Part shown: piece after piece, positions 23,546 through 36,677 of the stretch
How positions within the stretch are numbered: the first letter of the stretch is position 1
Layout of the letters: each line of letters opens with the position of its first letter
Source: Hydrolagus colliei
Lineage: Eukaryota
Reading direction: 5' to 3'
Assembly (NCBI GenBank): GCA_035084275.1
Contig: CM068752.1
Span: 13,082,001 to 13,146,000 of the forward strand
Length of the DNA: 64,000 bases
The notes under the pieces: generated by a model
What the model was told of the DNA's origin: nothing
What the model saw: only the letters and a program-made list of their open reading frames with translations
Database searches by the model: none
Translations under genes and position numbers: made by a program

Positions 23546-25626
23546 TACCTTCCATGTGAGGGACAAGAAGCGCCCCTTTGCGAACTGGTGTCAAAGGTTT
23601 TTGTTGCACATAACGCACAGTAATTATTTCTGATCAGCCGGGTATATGACATATGCAAAAACTCATCTCCATGTTTACTATCTAAACTAGACATGTATAC
23701 CCCACTCAGCTGGAAATTTCTTGGTATCTGGAATGAAATGTTCACTATTAGAAGGGAGAAGGAAGTGTCACTTCAACAATCTTCCAGATAAGTTGTTTGG
23801 GACATTGGGACAATGACTGCAGACAAATTGAGTCATTTAACAAATGACAGTGACAGTGATGTGCTTCATACCCAGTTAAATACAGTATAATGTATAGGTC
23901 TAATTTGCAGATTTCTTAACGGAATTTACTTTGTAAGGAATCTGAGGTTTACAAGTCAAGACTCCTTTCAGCTATTGGAAATAAGGCGCACAAGCTCCTG
24001 GGAACTCCAATTGGATCCACTTCCAGAGCGGTTTTCACTGGGTCATCGAGAATTCTAACAGGATTTCTTAATATGGAATCTAGTTAGAAATGAGGCTGCA
24101 GTGTTACTATAACTTAGTGAGATACGTTCCAACAATCCCTTCAGAGCTACCTTAAGTGGGCCTACCTTAAATGTGCCACTCAATGACCTACACCATTTTT
24201 GCTGCACTTCAATTAACTTGATTGATAAATAGCTCTGAACAGTTACTTACTCTGGTTTGGCTTTGGTTTGCAGTAAGCCTCTGAATGCGCACGACCATAT
24301 TTATTCTCAGCTTGACAAGAAACACACAAGCCTTCTAATTCATGCATAGCCAGGCTGCTCATAGACTTAGTATCATCGATTTGGGTTGTTCTGTTAGTCT
24401 TGGATTCAGTTAGTTTCCAAATGATGTTTGCCGGAGGGTTGGCATCTGCGACACACTTGTAATTCAGCCCATCGTGACTAACGTTAACTTCACTGGGTCC
24501 ATCTGTAAGTGGGAATTAACAAATATTTAAATCATATTTTTCCCTCTGACCCTTATTTTCAGCCTTTTTCCCTCCTCTCCTTGGACCATTACTGAGAATG
24601 CCTGTAAATACAGTGAAATCTGCTGAACCACCGCTTAACCCTGGACACAGGGAAAATCGAACAAAACGCTCAACTCAGATTCATTTATATACTTCCCTGT
24701 ATTAAATATGTTGGTTAATTTGGACAGATATCCGGTTCATTCCAGTCTGGTCATTGTGGGATGTACTCACTTGTGCCTTCTGTGTGGAGACTTGCTCCTG
24801 GATCATTTATTTTAGGGACTTTCTCAGGCCTAGAGTTAGTTAAATAGAGAAATGATTTGATCTAACATGATTGTTGTGGATGATGCAGGCTGTATGGCCC
24901 ATCCGATCTGATCCCTCCAGAACCCTTAACCTACCATTCTCTTTATCAAGTTGTTATTTAAATGAGTCCAAGGTTCTTGCCTCGACCACCTTTCCTGTCA
25001 TTGATATTTCCTGTCATGAAGTCCTCAAGCTCAATTGTTCAGCATGCGCCTCGCAACCTGGATTTGATTCCCAGCCGGGCAAAACTGTGTGCAAGTTTCC
25101 TTACTACACACACCTTACAATACACTTTGCTCTCGACACAAAGTATGGCCAGAATCAATCCATGTTCCATAAGTTTTGAGTAATAGCAAAGTAAAAGTAA
25201 TAGCAAAGCAAAGTAAAAATATCAATAAAGTGAGAAATAATTAAAGAATGCATTGGTCTGCACATTGTTTCTAAATAAGACCAAATAATTTAGAACATGT
25301 GATGCAAGCATGAAGCAAGAAAGTAGAGTAAGCATTTAGGATGAACTTGTTAGTTTTGACTTATGATTATTAATAATGATATACTGTGAATGTTGAATTA
25401 TGTGTCTGATGTACGTAAAACTGTTGGAAAATATTTCTTATGAACAAATAAGAATCATAAAATGTTCAAAATAAGTTGGAGTTCGAGTGCAGTGAACGAG
25501 ATGGAGGAGAAAGGTATCAATTTACATTATTTACAGTGTTAAAGTGGGTTTACGTTTGTAACCACTTGAGAGCTGTCTGTAAGATTCTGTAATTAATGTG
25601 TTAAATAATATCTCAAATTAGATTAG

Positions 25627-25657
<31 letters not shown>

Positions 25658-25660
<3 letters not shown>

Positions 25661-26020
25661 TAAATTCCCGTTTATCCGGCACGCTATATGGTGCGTCGAC
25701 TAATTGACTAATTGCTGGATAATCGGATGGCAAGTTGCTGAAAACTAACACACAAAAAAACTTATTTTAAAACATACCATATTAATAATACACTAAATTG
25801 TAACAGAATATTGTATGGTTACTTACCAATAAAGATTCCAACACACTCGGTAAAAAGATCGGTAAAAAAGCATTTTTTACCGATCGGTAAAAACCTCCAA
25901 GTTTGTAAGTTTAATAAGTACGCAAAGTGAGCACACTCGCGATTGCTGGAATGGAGAATTGCCCCGGGAAGGGGTAGAGCAATCCGGTTGATCGGGTCAC
26001 GGATAAATGGGCTTTTACTG
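25658..26020. mobile_element. Tigger/pogo-like MITE adjacent to a (TA)n run
   Basis: TIR cagtaaattcccgtttatccgg / cggataaatgggcttttactg, same terminal type as 13199. (TA)n at 25630-25657. Confidence 0.72.
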
Positions 26021-26654
26021 TGCATACATATTAATTGTACAACATTTGTGTCAGTCCTTACATCACACAGAACATACAGTTCAAGATCTTGGTCCTCACC
26101 TTGAAAGCCCTCCATGACCTTGCACCCTACTTCTGCATCCTCCTAAACCATACCATCCTGCTCACTCTCTCCACTTAGCACTCTCTCACACACCCAATCC
26201 TGATGACCCCAGCTCTAGTTCAAAATGTCCCCCCTACGTGAAAAACGCAATACAAAAATGTAATTTTGCTATTGTTGTTGTACATCCTCTTGTACACTAT
26301 CTTGGTGATTTCTAAACTATTGGGTTTCTTTTTCAATTCCATTTATAACTGCATACACCTCTTTAAAATTCTCTATGAAGCATTTTCCTCTCAGGACTGA
26401 AGAGCCCTAATTTAACTTGTTGGTGGCTCATACAACAACAAAATTAAATTTATAGAGTGCCTTTCACATCGGGAAAACGTACCAAGGTACTGAACAGCCA
26501 GGTCGGGACTCGAGCACTGGGGAAGGACAGGGTACGGTGAATTTAAACTATTTGTTGTTCATAACACATTCCTCTAACACTGGAGATTTCAGTGGACTCC
26601 AGCCTTTCACAAGTGGCTGGAGTTGGGCTGCCAATTAGGAGGAGGAATAATAAG

Positions 26655-26985
26655 GGAGGGAAATAGCTCAGTGGTTAAAGCAATCACCTTACAACGTGAG
26701 ACCTGTGTTCAAATCCAGACAGGCAAGGGCAAAATCTTGGGCAAGTTTACTTACTCCACATGCCTTATTCCTTACTCCACAATAATAATCCCTCCAAAAA
26801 AAAACAATAATAAAATTGGTCATTTCAATCCAAGATAAATTGTGGGACACTGCTGTGTGCAATTGGCTGCCACGATTCACCCACAAATATAGTCAATTCA
26901 CTTTCCAGTTTAATCTGTGAAGAGGTTTGAGACGGCTAGAAGACACGAAAAATGCTATATCAAATGCAAGGATTATTATTATCAT
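26655..26985 (+). mobile_element. tRNA/Deu SINE
   Basis: tagctcagtgg A box, gttcaaatcc B box, Deu core, tail caaatgcaaggattattatt. Confidence 0.8.
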
Positions 26986-27174
26986 GATTGATTGACAGCT
27001 GGCAGCAGCTTGTGAATAGGCTTTCGATCACTTAAACACTACCACTAATTGGTCCCCTTCTCTGCGGTGCAATACAGCTTCTATGTTATTTGGGAAGGAA
27101 TTTCGTTAAACTGGGGCACCTCGTATGTCGGGCTGTCCATATTCCACTCAGGAGCCATTATGCCAAATACTCAC

Positions 27175-27450
27175 ACTTGACATTGATGTCAACTGCAAAG
27201 GTATCATTTCCTTGTGAATTATTTACCACACAGGTAAAGGTTCCTGAAATCTTTCTGGAAATTGTTCTGAACAACAGGACTCTGTCTGTACTTTTGAGAG
27301 TTTCTGTTGTGTTTGCGTCTCTTTTTGTTTTGTACCAGGTGTAAGTAGCTTGAGGGTAACTGTCAGTGCTGCATGTCAACGTCATATTTTCAATCCCCTC
27401 AATGATTTCCAAAGATCCATTTATATGAACTGTTGTATTTTGGGGGGCAT
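27175..27450 (-). CDS. Paralogue A C2-set Ig exon
   Basis: 276 nt, phase 1-1, YAPQNTT...LTC...YTWY...SGTFTCVVNN. Confidence 0.9.
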
Positions 27451-28430
27451 CTGAAATGTGGAGAGAATTGTGTTGGAAGCAGCCATGATATTGACAACAT
27501 GGTGGTATAAGCCATGTGATGATATAAGACAGTGTTTTATTATCAGGAGTTCACTTTACATTGTTCCAGGCCATTAGAACCTCCCCCATTATGATTGATT
27601 CCCTCACATTATCTGTCAGTTGTGTCTTGTCCCTGTAAGTATGCTGGGGTATCATCCATCCCAGGGGTTTTGTTGGCTTTGTGCCCCTCGAGCCTCTCTA
27701 GAATCTCAGCCTCACTTATGTTGAATTCCAGGAGCTCAAACAAAGCTGAATGTGGGGGGATCAAGTATATTGTATTGTCCTCCCTAATTCATACTCCCAG
27801 GAAGTAAGTATTTAATATGTTTCCTATCCCCCATTCATTCACATTGAGTTGATCTTTTGGTGATGGGAAGTTTAGAGATTTGGTGGTAAAGTTTGGGATT
27901 TAATTTAACTTCGGGTTGTTCTAATCAGATGGCAGCACATCCCTCCCAGTAAGTTGGTTCCTTTTCCAGACAAAATCGTAACGTTTGACTGTATTTTGAA
28001 AAGAGGACAATTTTGGAATCCCTGAAGTGGCTTCTATCTTATTTTTTTTAAAAAACAAAACACATGCAGAGGGAGGGCAAAATCTGTGTTCTCCCTGACT
28101 AAAAAACAATGAACATTTTACTTATTGGTTGCACTGGTTGTGAGGCCCCCATGACCTAACCTGCCACACATGACAATCATCAAAAATCAAATACTTTGTT
28201 CCATGATAGAAATTCATTTAACGACTCTCTTGTACAAACACTGTTGGGGGTAAGTAACAGACAATGAAGGTTGACCAGAAGGCTCTCTATCAATGCAATT
28301 TGTGTGTTTGTACTTGGGAGCAAAATGCTGAAAGCAGGCAATTACTGCTAAAGGCAGGTCAGGTAGTAAAACTTGAGAACTTTCTGTAGTTTGGAATCAT
28401 TTGAACGCTGCTTCAGAATGGGTAACTCAC

Positions 28431-28733
28431 ATTTTATCTGAAGTGTTATGTTGCCTTGTTTGGAATATTGGTGGTTAGGAGAACTGACCACACATTTGAT
28501 CAGCTTGAGATGATCTCTGTATGAGGGGATAAAAGTGAATGAACTGGTCAGGACCCGGTTAGATACAGACTGTTTTTCCTCAGTCACGGTTCCCTGCTTT
28601 GTCAGCTCAGTGATTCCTTCCCAGGTCAGCTTGGCTCTGACCTGATCATCAATATTAGAGGAGGAACATGATAAAGTGGTGCTGATCCCCTCAGTCACTT
28701 CACTTGGGAAGACATTGGGGTTGCCAGGACGAC
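28431..28733 (-). CDS. Paralogue A Ig domain 2 exon (Siglec D2, C-type)
   Basis: 303 nt, phase 1-1, TLSCSS...LTW...SSFTFIPSYRDH...IKCVV. Confidence 0.9.
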
Positions 28734-28883
28734 CTAACAAAAGGAAACAGAAATAAACAATGTTCAAAATTGTCACCTGGTCAAAATTGGAACCTGTAAA
28801 TACTGGATAAAAACACCTGCAAACTTGTCTGTCTGTCTGCTGGTTTGTCAAATATGTAACAATAAGTGAGAATGAATATTTAC

Positions 28884-29237
28884 CATACACCACGACATTG
28901 ATGGGATGTTGTCCGTTCCATCTATTGAAATCCTGGATCTCAAACCTGAAGCAATAGTCACCAGAATCAGCTTTATTGAGGTTGTTTATCTCAGTTGAGC
29001 AGTTTTTGTTTTTCAGATTTCCTGTTAATTTTATTCTGTTGTATCTTTGGGGCTGGCTGCTTTTATACACCAACGTCGCTTGAGAATTGCATGGTCAACC
29101 TTTGAACCATTTGCCGATTATATTATATTGTTCATTCGGTGGGTCAGGGTGTTTGAATGAACATTTCAGAATCACAGACTCTCCCTCCAACCCAGCAGCA
29201 GAACTGGAAAACGAGACTCCCCAATCATCGGTAGAAG
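28884..29237 (-). CDS. Paralogue A V-set sialic-acid-binding domain exon (interrupted by TGA)
   Basis: DWGVSF...LKCSF...GKWFKG*PC...KNCSTEI...DSGDYCFRFEIQDFNRW resembles sialoadhesin WGVS...YNFRFEIS..NRW. The essential Arg codon is at 28945-28947. Confidence 0.9.
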
Positions 29238-30915
29238 CTGTGGAAGAGGAAACAGATGGACTGGGGTGACTCCATTACTGATTAATAATAATAATAATCA
29301 AATGTAATACACGGCAGGGTGGTAACTTTCTGCCAGGCCACTTCTTTACAAAGATTTGGAAATCTTAGCATGAGATACACTACGATGTAAAGTTACACAA
29401 AATGTATTTAAGTTGCCAGAAGCCTGACATTCCACCATAACACAGGAATTGTGGAACAGCAACACAACAACCGTGGAGGGGAGCAGACACATGGGCAGGA
29501 CATGACACCCCTCTTACAATCACCCCCCCACCCCCCCACACTGGCTCTGACCATCAGGAGAGTCCAGCCCCAGTCAGTGGGTTGACATCATCACCTCGAG
29601 CCTCCTCCCTGAGGTACCAGTGGCCACTACAATAATTCCTGCTGAGATGTGTGGCTCACAGTGAGTATCTACCATCCACCTAGTCAGAGCTCAAACCCAC
29701 TCTAGTCAGATGTTGAATGACCAACTAGTGATTATCCTCCTTGGATGGGGATGTTAAACAGGGTCTGTTTGCAATGAAAGGTTATAATTTATGTCGGTCC
29801 ACGATATTCTGAGCACTGCAGATGACAGCACAGCCAGCCCGGCTCATTAGCAGGATTTGGAAGTGCAGACCAATAACTGGGGGCAGGGAGTCATCCCACT
29901 CAGCTCTTGTTAAGAGTAATTTTGTTGTTGTTAACAGTGCAAGCCCAAGTCATAATGGAAGGTTGGCCCTGGTCAGATAGCGACATCAATGGCATGCTAT
30001 GCGTTGTTTGCTGGTTAGGCTGCAGCTATACCCGAATCCGCACTCTGGGGTCCCCAAGTCTTGGCTCTTGCCAACCTGCGCCTAAACTGTTTGGGAGTTA
30101 GGTAAGCAGGATGCATCCTCCTGGGAGATAGTACACATTCCATTGCAACAATCTATCTGTGGGATTTTCACATGTAGGTGGGATGCATGGAAATCTCAGC
30201 ATCATTTGGATACTCTTTAAGAATGGTGATGCGTTTCTGCAAGTGTCAGATATCCGGCTGACCAGAAGAGGCGAGATGAGTGTCCCTGAGGCAGAATTTA
30301 TTCTGATAGGAGGAAACCAAGTTGAACAGTCTATGTAGCTCATCGATGAGATATGGAGCTGTAGACATGCCATTAACACCATGAGCCAAAATACTAATAC
30401 AATTACAATATTATGTGGTTACCATGTATTAATATACCCTTTACTAAACTCCATACACCCATCACGCCAGTTCCAACACAGCTCCACTTGCTCCTTATCG
30501 CAGAACAACATCAAGATCCTCACACTCGTTTTCAAATCTCTTCATGCCCTGCCACTTCCTTGTCTCTCTGACCTGCTTACTCCCTCATCCGCTAACTGCT
30601 GACTCTAGCCTCATGCATGTCGCATGCGCTCATGCCTATTGCCGCCACCTCATCCCCCCATCTCAGTGTGGCGCTCCACTCCTCTCAAGCACTCTGGGAT
30701 ACTGCCCGGTGTGAGGGGAGCTATAGAACTACAAGTTGTCATAGTTATTACTGAGGCTCACCGGCCCAGAAGCTCACACTATGGGAAACAAGATCAGCCT
30801 CAAGGTTCATCACTTCTTGATGACAGAGGGTTCCTGTGAAAAGCTCACGCACATAGTTAGTGATTACCATTGATCTAAAGCTTAGAGATAATGGTGGTAA
30901 AGGGTGGAACCTTAC

Positions 30916-30967
30916 CCTGGATGAGACACACCAACTGCAGTGCCAGGATGCAGTGAGAGGCACTCAT
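30916..30967 (-). CDS. Paralogue A signal peptide exon (MSASHCILALQLVCLIQ-A)
   Basis: ATG follows a ctctccag acceptor (exon starts 30982). Hydrophobic core, phase-1 GTAAGG donor joining the V exon in frame. Confidence 0.85.
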
Positions 30968-31066
30968 TGTGTGGATCACAGCCTGGAGAGAACGTGGAGA
31001 GAAGAGCGGAGAACAATCAGACACATTGATACCTGCACAATAAGCCCCTGGAAAATGAGCCACTGT

Positions 31067-31091
31067 TCACACACACACACACACACACACA
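31067..31091. repeat. (CA)n microsatellite just upstream of the paralogue A leader exon
   Basis: Directly visible. Confidence 0.85.
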
Positions 31092-33394
31092 GTATTGCAA
31101 CTGGGCTGAATTTGTTTAGCAGGAACTGCTCTGTAAACTCTTACATCTGTAGACTGAGACACTGGCTATTGATTGACCTCTCACAACAACAACAAAATTA
31201 CATTTATAGAGCACCTTTCACATCGGGAGGATGTCCCAAAGCACTGAACAATCAGGTCGGGACCCGATCAGGGAGCGAAGGGTCGGGATAGGGGGATGGG
31301 GAAGGAGAGTAGGAGAGGTGGAAGGGTTAGGAGGGGAGCAGACTAACCCAGCTCAGGAATATTATAAATTGTGTGTGGAGAAGTGATTGAAATAATTTTC
31401 CCCATTTCCTTTGTCCCTCTCGCCCTAGATGGTAAAGCAGTTTCAGCTGCTTAAACTCTAGAAGTGTCCCTGTGCACACTTCTAGGGTCCCAAAGCCTTG
31501 TTGTTTCCACCCTGCGCCTAATGGGCTCCTGAATTAAGCAAGGACAGAGGTCCACCTGGGGAGAGAGTGAATATTTAATTTCACAAGGGTATTTCCATGT
31601 GTACATGATATGCATGGACTCTCAGTCCGGTTTGAATATTGAAAATAATCTGCTAATTTCAATTAGCTTCTGTTATAGATTGGACTCTAAGGCAATATCT
31701 CAAATAATAAGTAAATGTAGCTTTATTTGTCAACTATATTTAAGCCAGTAAATCACAGTAATTTTTTTTAAGATAACAACCAGTTAACTTCTACTAGACA
31801 AAGTAAAACCTACTACCTGTTCAGATGTTTCTCTCTTTTAATGGTCACTTTCTTACTGGAGGTAAATCCCCCCCACTCCTGTATGTGTACAGTTCTCCTA
31901 TCCGATTCAACAGAACTGATATTACCTGATTCCATTGGGGAAGTCGCTGGCCATGTTTCTAACTCCAATTTAGCCCATGTGACCCTTACAACCAAACAAG
32001 GAATTCAAAGATTGTTTGGTCCAATCACATTTCCTCACACAAGGTATCCCCAAAGGTTATCAAGGTTTAACCTTAGGAATATGAGAGTTCTTCTGATACA
32101 AAGTGTGAAAAGTTCGATTCAACAGTTAATTGTCCTTCCTTGACATTTTCACAACTTAAAGTCCTTTTAAGATCTCGTCCAAGCTGACTGGAAGGCACCA
32201 AGAGTTCCAATTAATCAGGACATTGTCAGGTGGTCAAGAAGGACAAGGAGGCACAGATGGACAGAATGTCATTTGTCACTTTGACCAGATCTGTTTCCAT
32301 GCTATGCATGGAAACCAGATTGGAGGATTTCATGTAGGGACGGGTGAGAGAGGAAGGATTGAAGTTGGGAAGCAATGACTCATTCCAAAACCTTGGAGGG
32401 GAAATGGAGGTTGCAGATATGGGGTGATAATTTGAGAAGAGGAACAGGTCCTGGGAAGTTAATCGAATGTCCAGTGTCTATTTGTAGTCCTCACATTGAA
32501 AACCTACTTCAAGACAGAAACCTGCTTTTACATCCTTTCCCTCTCCACCCTCTTCAGATCCCAGCTCAGGTACCCAACCCCAAATTGTATATTTATAGGA
32601 AATATTGGTTTCCAGGAAACTGTCTTCAAAATTCCAACTATTTAAGAATTGAGCATCTTAATGCCTCAAAAACAACCATGTTAAAGTGTGAGACATTAAA
32701 CACCAAGTCATTGCACCACTTACAGTGCCATGTGAGTGAGAAGCTGATGTTGAAATTGTGGGAGCACAAGTCTGAATTACACCAAATTGACTAATTGTGG
32801 TTCCCACTACAAATAATCTGTGCAATCTTGTTAAAGCAAAGGAAATGTGGGAAATCTTGTTGAAGAGAGGTGAAAACTAAAATTCCAGCAGCAAAGCAGC
32901 CATTTGGTATAGAGAAATTCATACTTCAGTTATGCAAAAATGTGGATGAGATATATGTATAGTATAGTTTTTTTTAAAAAGGTTATAATTTTCAATACAA
33001 ACTGAACATTACATTTTTAATTTCCTCTCTTCATCCTGACTTTCTTCTCACTGTGCACCATTTCCCTGTGAATCCACAACCAAGTGATCATTATTCATAT
33101 GTATTTTCGTAGATGTTTCAATAGATTAGACATGTTGGTCAGAAACCAGAGCACATAGATTTAAGGCAAACGAACCAGGCGTCATCTTTGTATAGAATGA
33201 AGAATATAGAAATTCATGTCATTCTGGCTTAGCTTGTAGCAGAAACCAGACGGTTGAGGTTTCAATACCATCATTGGGACTTGGAACTTTTATATCAAAG
33301 AGAAAGTTTATACCAATGCAGTGCTGGTGGAACACCCTGTTAACACAATGTAATTCTTTGGATGAGATATTAAATTGCGGTCCTGTCTGTCTGT

Positions 33395-34060
33395 TCATAA
33401 GAACATAGTAAGTTGGAGCAGGAGTAAGCCATTCAGCCCCTCGAGCCTGCATCATCATTTAATAAGATCATGGTTGATCTTCTAACCTGACTTCACTTTC
33501 CAGCCCTATTCCCATATCCCTTAATCCCTTTATCTTTTTTTTAAAAAAGAACAATTGATCTCAGTGTTGAATATGTTCAAGGACTGAACATCCACAGCCT
33601 TCTGGGGTAAAGAATTCCATAAATTCACTATGTTCTGAGTGACGAAATGTTTTCTCAATTCAGTTCTAAAAGGCTGACCTTTATTCCTGAGACTATGACC
33701 ACTAGTTACAGATTCTCCAACCAGGCAAAACAAAGTGTCACAGCATCTATCCTATCAAGGCCCTTAGGAATCTTATAGGTTTCCTTAAGATGAACTCTAA
33801 TTGTTCTATATTCTAAAGAATATTGGACTAGTTTACTCAACCTCTCCTCATCAGTCAGTACCCTCATCCTAGGAACCAACCTAGTCAATCTACATTGCAC
33901 CCCTCTAAGGTGAGTATATCCTTTCTTAGATAAGGAGACCAAAACTGCACACAATATTCTAGATGTGGTCTTGCCAAGGCCCTACACAATTCCAGAGAGA
34001 CTTTCCTACTCCTGTAATCTAACCCCTTTGCAATGAACGCTAACAATAGTGTTAGCCTTT
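33395..34060 (-). mobile_element. CR1 LINE 3' fragment
   Basis: ORFs 33530-33733 and 33706-33954 are homologous to the 4754-5572 RT C-terminus, with the same 3' tail. Confidence 0.85.
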
Positions 34061-34415
34061 CCAATTGCTTCAGAGAGATGTTAAAGATCCCATAGCATTT
34101 CTCCCAGTGTGCTTGCTAACAATCCTCTAAACCAAATTGAACATTTACTTGGTGGTATTGTGGGTCATTGCTGTACACAAATTGGTATCATTTGTACACC
34201 AGTTCATCTCTGAAACAGCTTAATCAATTGCTTCAAATAGTTATCTAATTTCCTTCTGAAATTGCTTATACAATCTGCCTCCCTGGCTCAGGCATTCCAC
34301 ATATTCACCATTCTCTGAGTAAAGCTTGATTTTGAAACACAAACACACAGGATTCTGCACATTGACTATGCTGCCTTCACTTCACTGAATTCCATCCATA
34401 AGTTTTGGAGAATTT

Positions 34416-35430
34416 GGTCACACAGCAAGGAGAAAATCGACAGTTTGCATTCAGATAGCTTGTTTTGCACAAAGGAACTTTGCAAACACAGTCATCGTGG
34501 TTTGTCATCAAAATAACGTGTCAAAAATGATCAGTTTCGCAACAGATGTGTTTTACGATCGATTCAACGTGTTTTATGCTGTCCATGAGGAAACATTACA
34601 TTATAAAGCATTTCTTACAGGAGAGGTCTATAATAATAACGAAAACAACAACAAATTGGAATTATACCGCGCCTTCCACGCCATGTTTTTGCCGTCCATG
34701 AGTAAACATCACATTGCAAAGCATCAAACATATTCAATCTGACTGCACTATTGCTTATGATTATGAACTCATTTCACTTTACAGTCTATTTATTCTGCGA
34801 AGTACTTTGAGACATCCTTATGGTAGGAAAAATGTAACATGCAACGCATCAAATGCAAGGATTAACAAAGAGTATTAGTTGGTCACACGGCAAGGAGAGA
34901 ATCAACAGCTTGTATTCAGATAGCCTGTTTCACACAAAGGAACTTTGCAAGTTTGTCATCAAAATAACACGTACCAAAAATAAGCAGTTTCGCAACAGAT
35001 TTGTTTTGCAATCGATTCAACGTGTTTATGCTGTCCATGAGGAAACATTACATTACAAAGCATTTCTTACAAGAGGGGTCTGTAATAACAAAAACAACAG
35101 CAACTTGGAATTAGACAGTGCCCTCCACACCGAACGTATTCATATATTCAATCTGTCTGCACTATTGCTTATGATTAGAAAAAGTCATTTCACTTTACAG
35201 CCTATTCTTGTTTCGTATACAGTCGGTTTCCTGCTCTCCTTCCCTCTACCCCGACCCCTCCCATTGCCATCTTTCCATCTCTTGTCCCTACCTAACTGTA
35301 CAGCGGCTTGGGACGACCTCTCGACGTGAAAGGCGCTATATAAATGTAAGTTTTGATTGATTGATTGATTCTGTGAAGTACTGAGACATCCTTATGATCT
35401 GAATAATGTCATATTTAATGTGAGGAGTAT
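34416..35430. repeat. Diverged ~465-bp tandem duplication; the second copy is interrupted by an L2 tail (~35222-35372)
   Basis: Units start with ggtcacac at 34416 and 34881 and share cagtttcgcaacagat, atgctgtccatgaggaaacattaca and similar blocks. Confidence 0.85.
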
Positions 35431-36367
35431 TATTTACCCCTGGGGCAGGATTGCTAATGCTCACTTTATACAAAACAAGCCTGACGACCTGGGCTCAATA
35501 CCTGGGAGCTAAACGGAGCAAATAAGGCACTATATCAAATGCTAGAAATACTATTATTATTAAACGCTGCGTTATATTGTAAAACATGCAACTCAGTAAA
35601 CGGTACCTTGTTGTGTCCAATTACTCTTCACTTGGTTGATCTTCACTTGGTTAAACTTGTGCAGGAGACTGGAAACACCAGCAGCACGGATGTTAAACAA
35701 AGCAATAAGCAGAGACCAAAGGAAATACAACTTCCCAGGGACACATATGTGTTTAATAATAATCCTTGCATGAGCACAGCATCCTGAAAAGGAAAGGGAA
35801 GTACACTACACCATCAATCAATCAAAACTTACATTTACATAGCGCCTTTCACGTCGAGAGGACGTGAGAGGAGTTAGAGCAAGAGCAGGGGGGAGGGGTC
35901 AGGGCAGGATGAAGAAGAGTAGGAAAATTGAATGCATATTTGTGGGCGAAACGTGGCAGCCAAATTGCGCACAGCAGTGTCCCACAAACAGCCACGAAAA
36001 TGGGGCCAGGGGAGAAAGGGGGAAAAGAGGGTAAGGGGGGAGAGGGAGGGAAAAGTGGGGTGGGGTAAGGTCAAGGAGGAAGAGGGGGAGAGGGGTGGGG
36101 GTAAGGGAGAGAGGGAGGGAAAGGTGGGTGAGGGCAAGATCAGGGAGAAAGGGGGGTAAAAGGGAAGGGGAAAACTAGGTGTTAGTCAGCTGGCTGCTTG
36201 TTACATGTGGAAACTCATCACCGTGCTAACCAGATAAGAGTTCCACACATGTATTCCACTTACACACAGAAATTTCTCTATTTTTGGAATGGAATTCACA
36301 CACTCTCCCCAGAGTGAAGCACCCAGTTTGTCTAATCTCCTGGATTAACAGGCAAGGTTAGCAAGGT

Positions 36368-36677
36368 GGAGTCCTGTAGCTCAGTGGTTAGAGCACTCGT
36401 CTTACAAGCGTGAGGCCTGTGTTCGAATCCAGATAGGGCGAAAACTTTGGCAAGTTTGCTTACTCCGCACGTCTGATAATAATCCCTAAAAAAAAAATTA
36501 AATGGTGATTTCTATCCATCTATTTGTGGGACACTGCTGTGCACAGTTGGCTGCTGCGTTTCGTCCACAAATATACTGTACATTCAATTCACTTTACAGT
36601 ATATTCTGTGAAGCACTTTGAAACGTCTAAAAGATATGAAACGCCCAAAGCAAATGCAAGGATTGTTATTATTATTA
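36368..36677 (+). mobile_element. tRNA/Deu SINE (best-preserved head in the window)
   Basis: A box TAGCTCAGTGG, B box GTTCGAATCC, Deu core gtgggacactgctgtgcacagttggctgc, L2-like tail. Confidence 0.85.

Larger units (their letters stand above)
18771..30967 (-). pseudogene. Siglec-like paralogue A (leader-V-C-C2-TM-3 tail exons, 512 codons if read through), disrupted by an in-frame TGA in the V exon
   Basis: join 30916-30967, 28884-29237, 28431-28733, 27175-27450, 22863-22964, 22382-22443, 20559-20750, 18771-18968. All junctions are GT-AG with matching phases. TGA at 29095-29097. Confidence 0.8.

Noticed and set aside
29095-29097. TGA as selenocysteine or programmed readthrough
   Set aside because: The paralogous residue is Ser rather than Cys, and I identified no SECIS-like element. 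A nonsense mutation is simpler.
31033-31047. 15-nt micro-exon upstream of the leader exon
   Set aside because: AG and GT sites are present, but the resulting intron would be only 50 nt, below the usual vertebrate minimum.
35995-36175. Purine-rich G-tract (potential G4 or triplex) and ORFs 35874-36137 and 35932-36159
   Set aside because: Low-complexity simple sequence next to TE tails, with no supporting context.
36368-36440. tRNA-like sequence (A and B boxes, TAC at the anticodon position)
   Set aside because: It has no proper acceptor stem, runs directly into a Deu domain and L2-like tail, and has several diverged copies in the window. It is a SINE head, not a tRNA gene.
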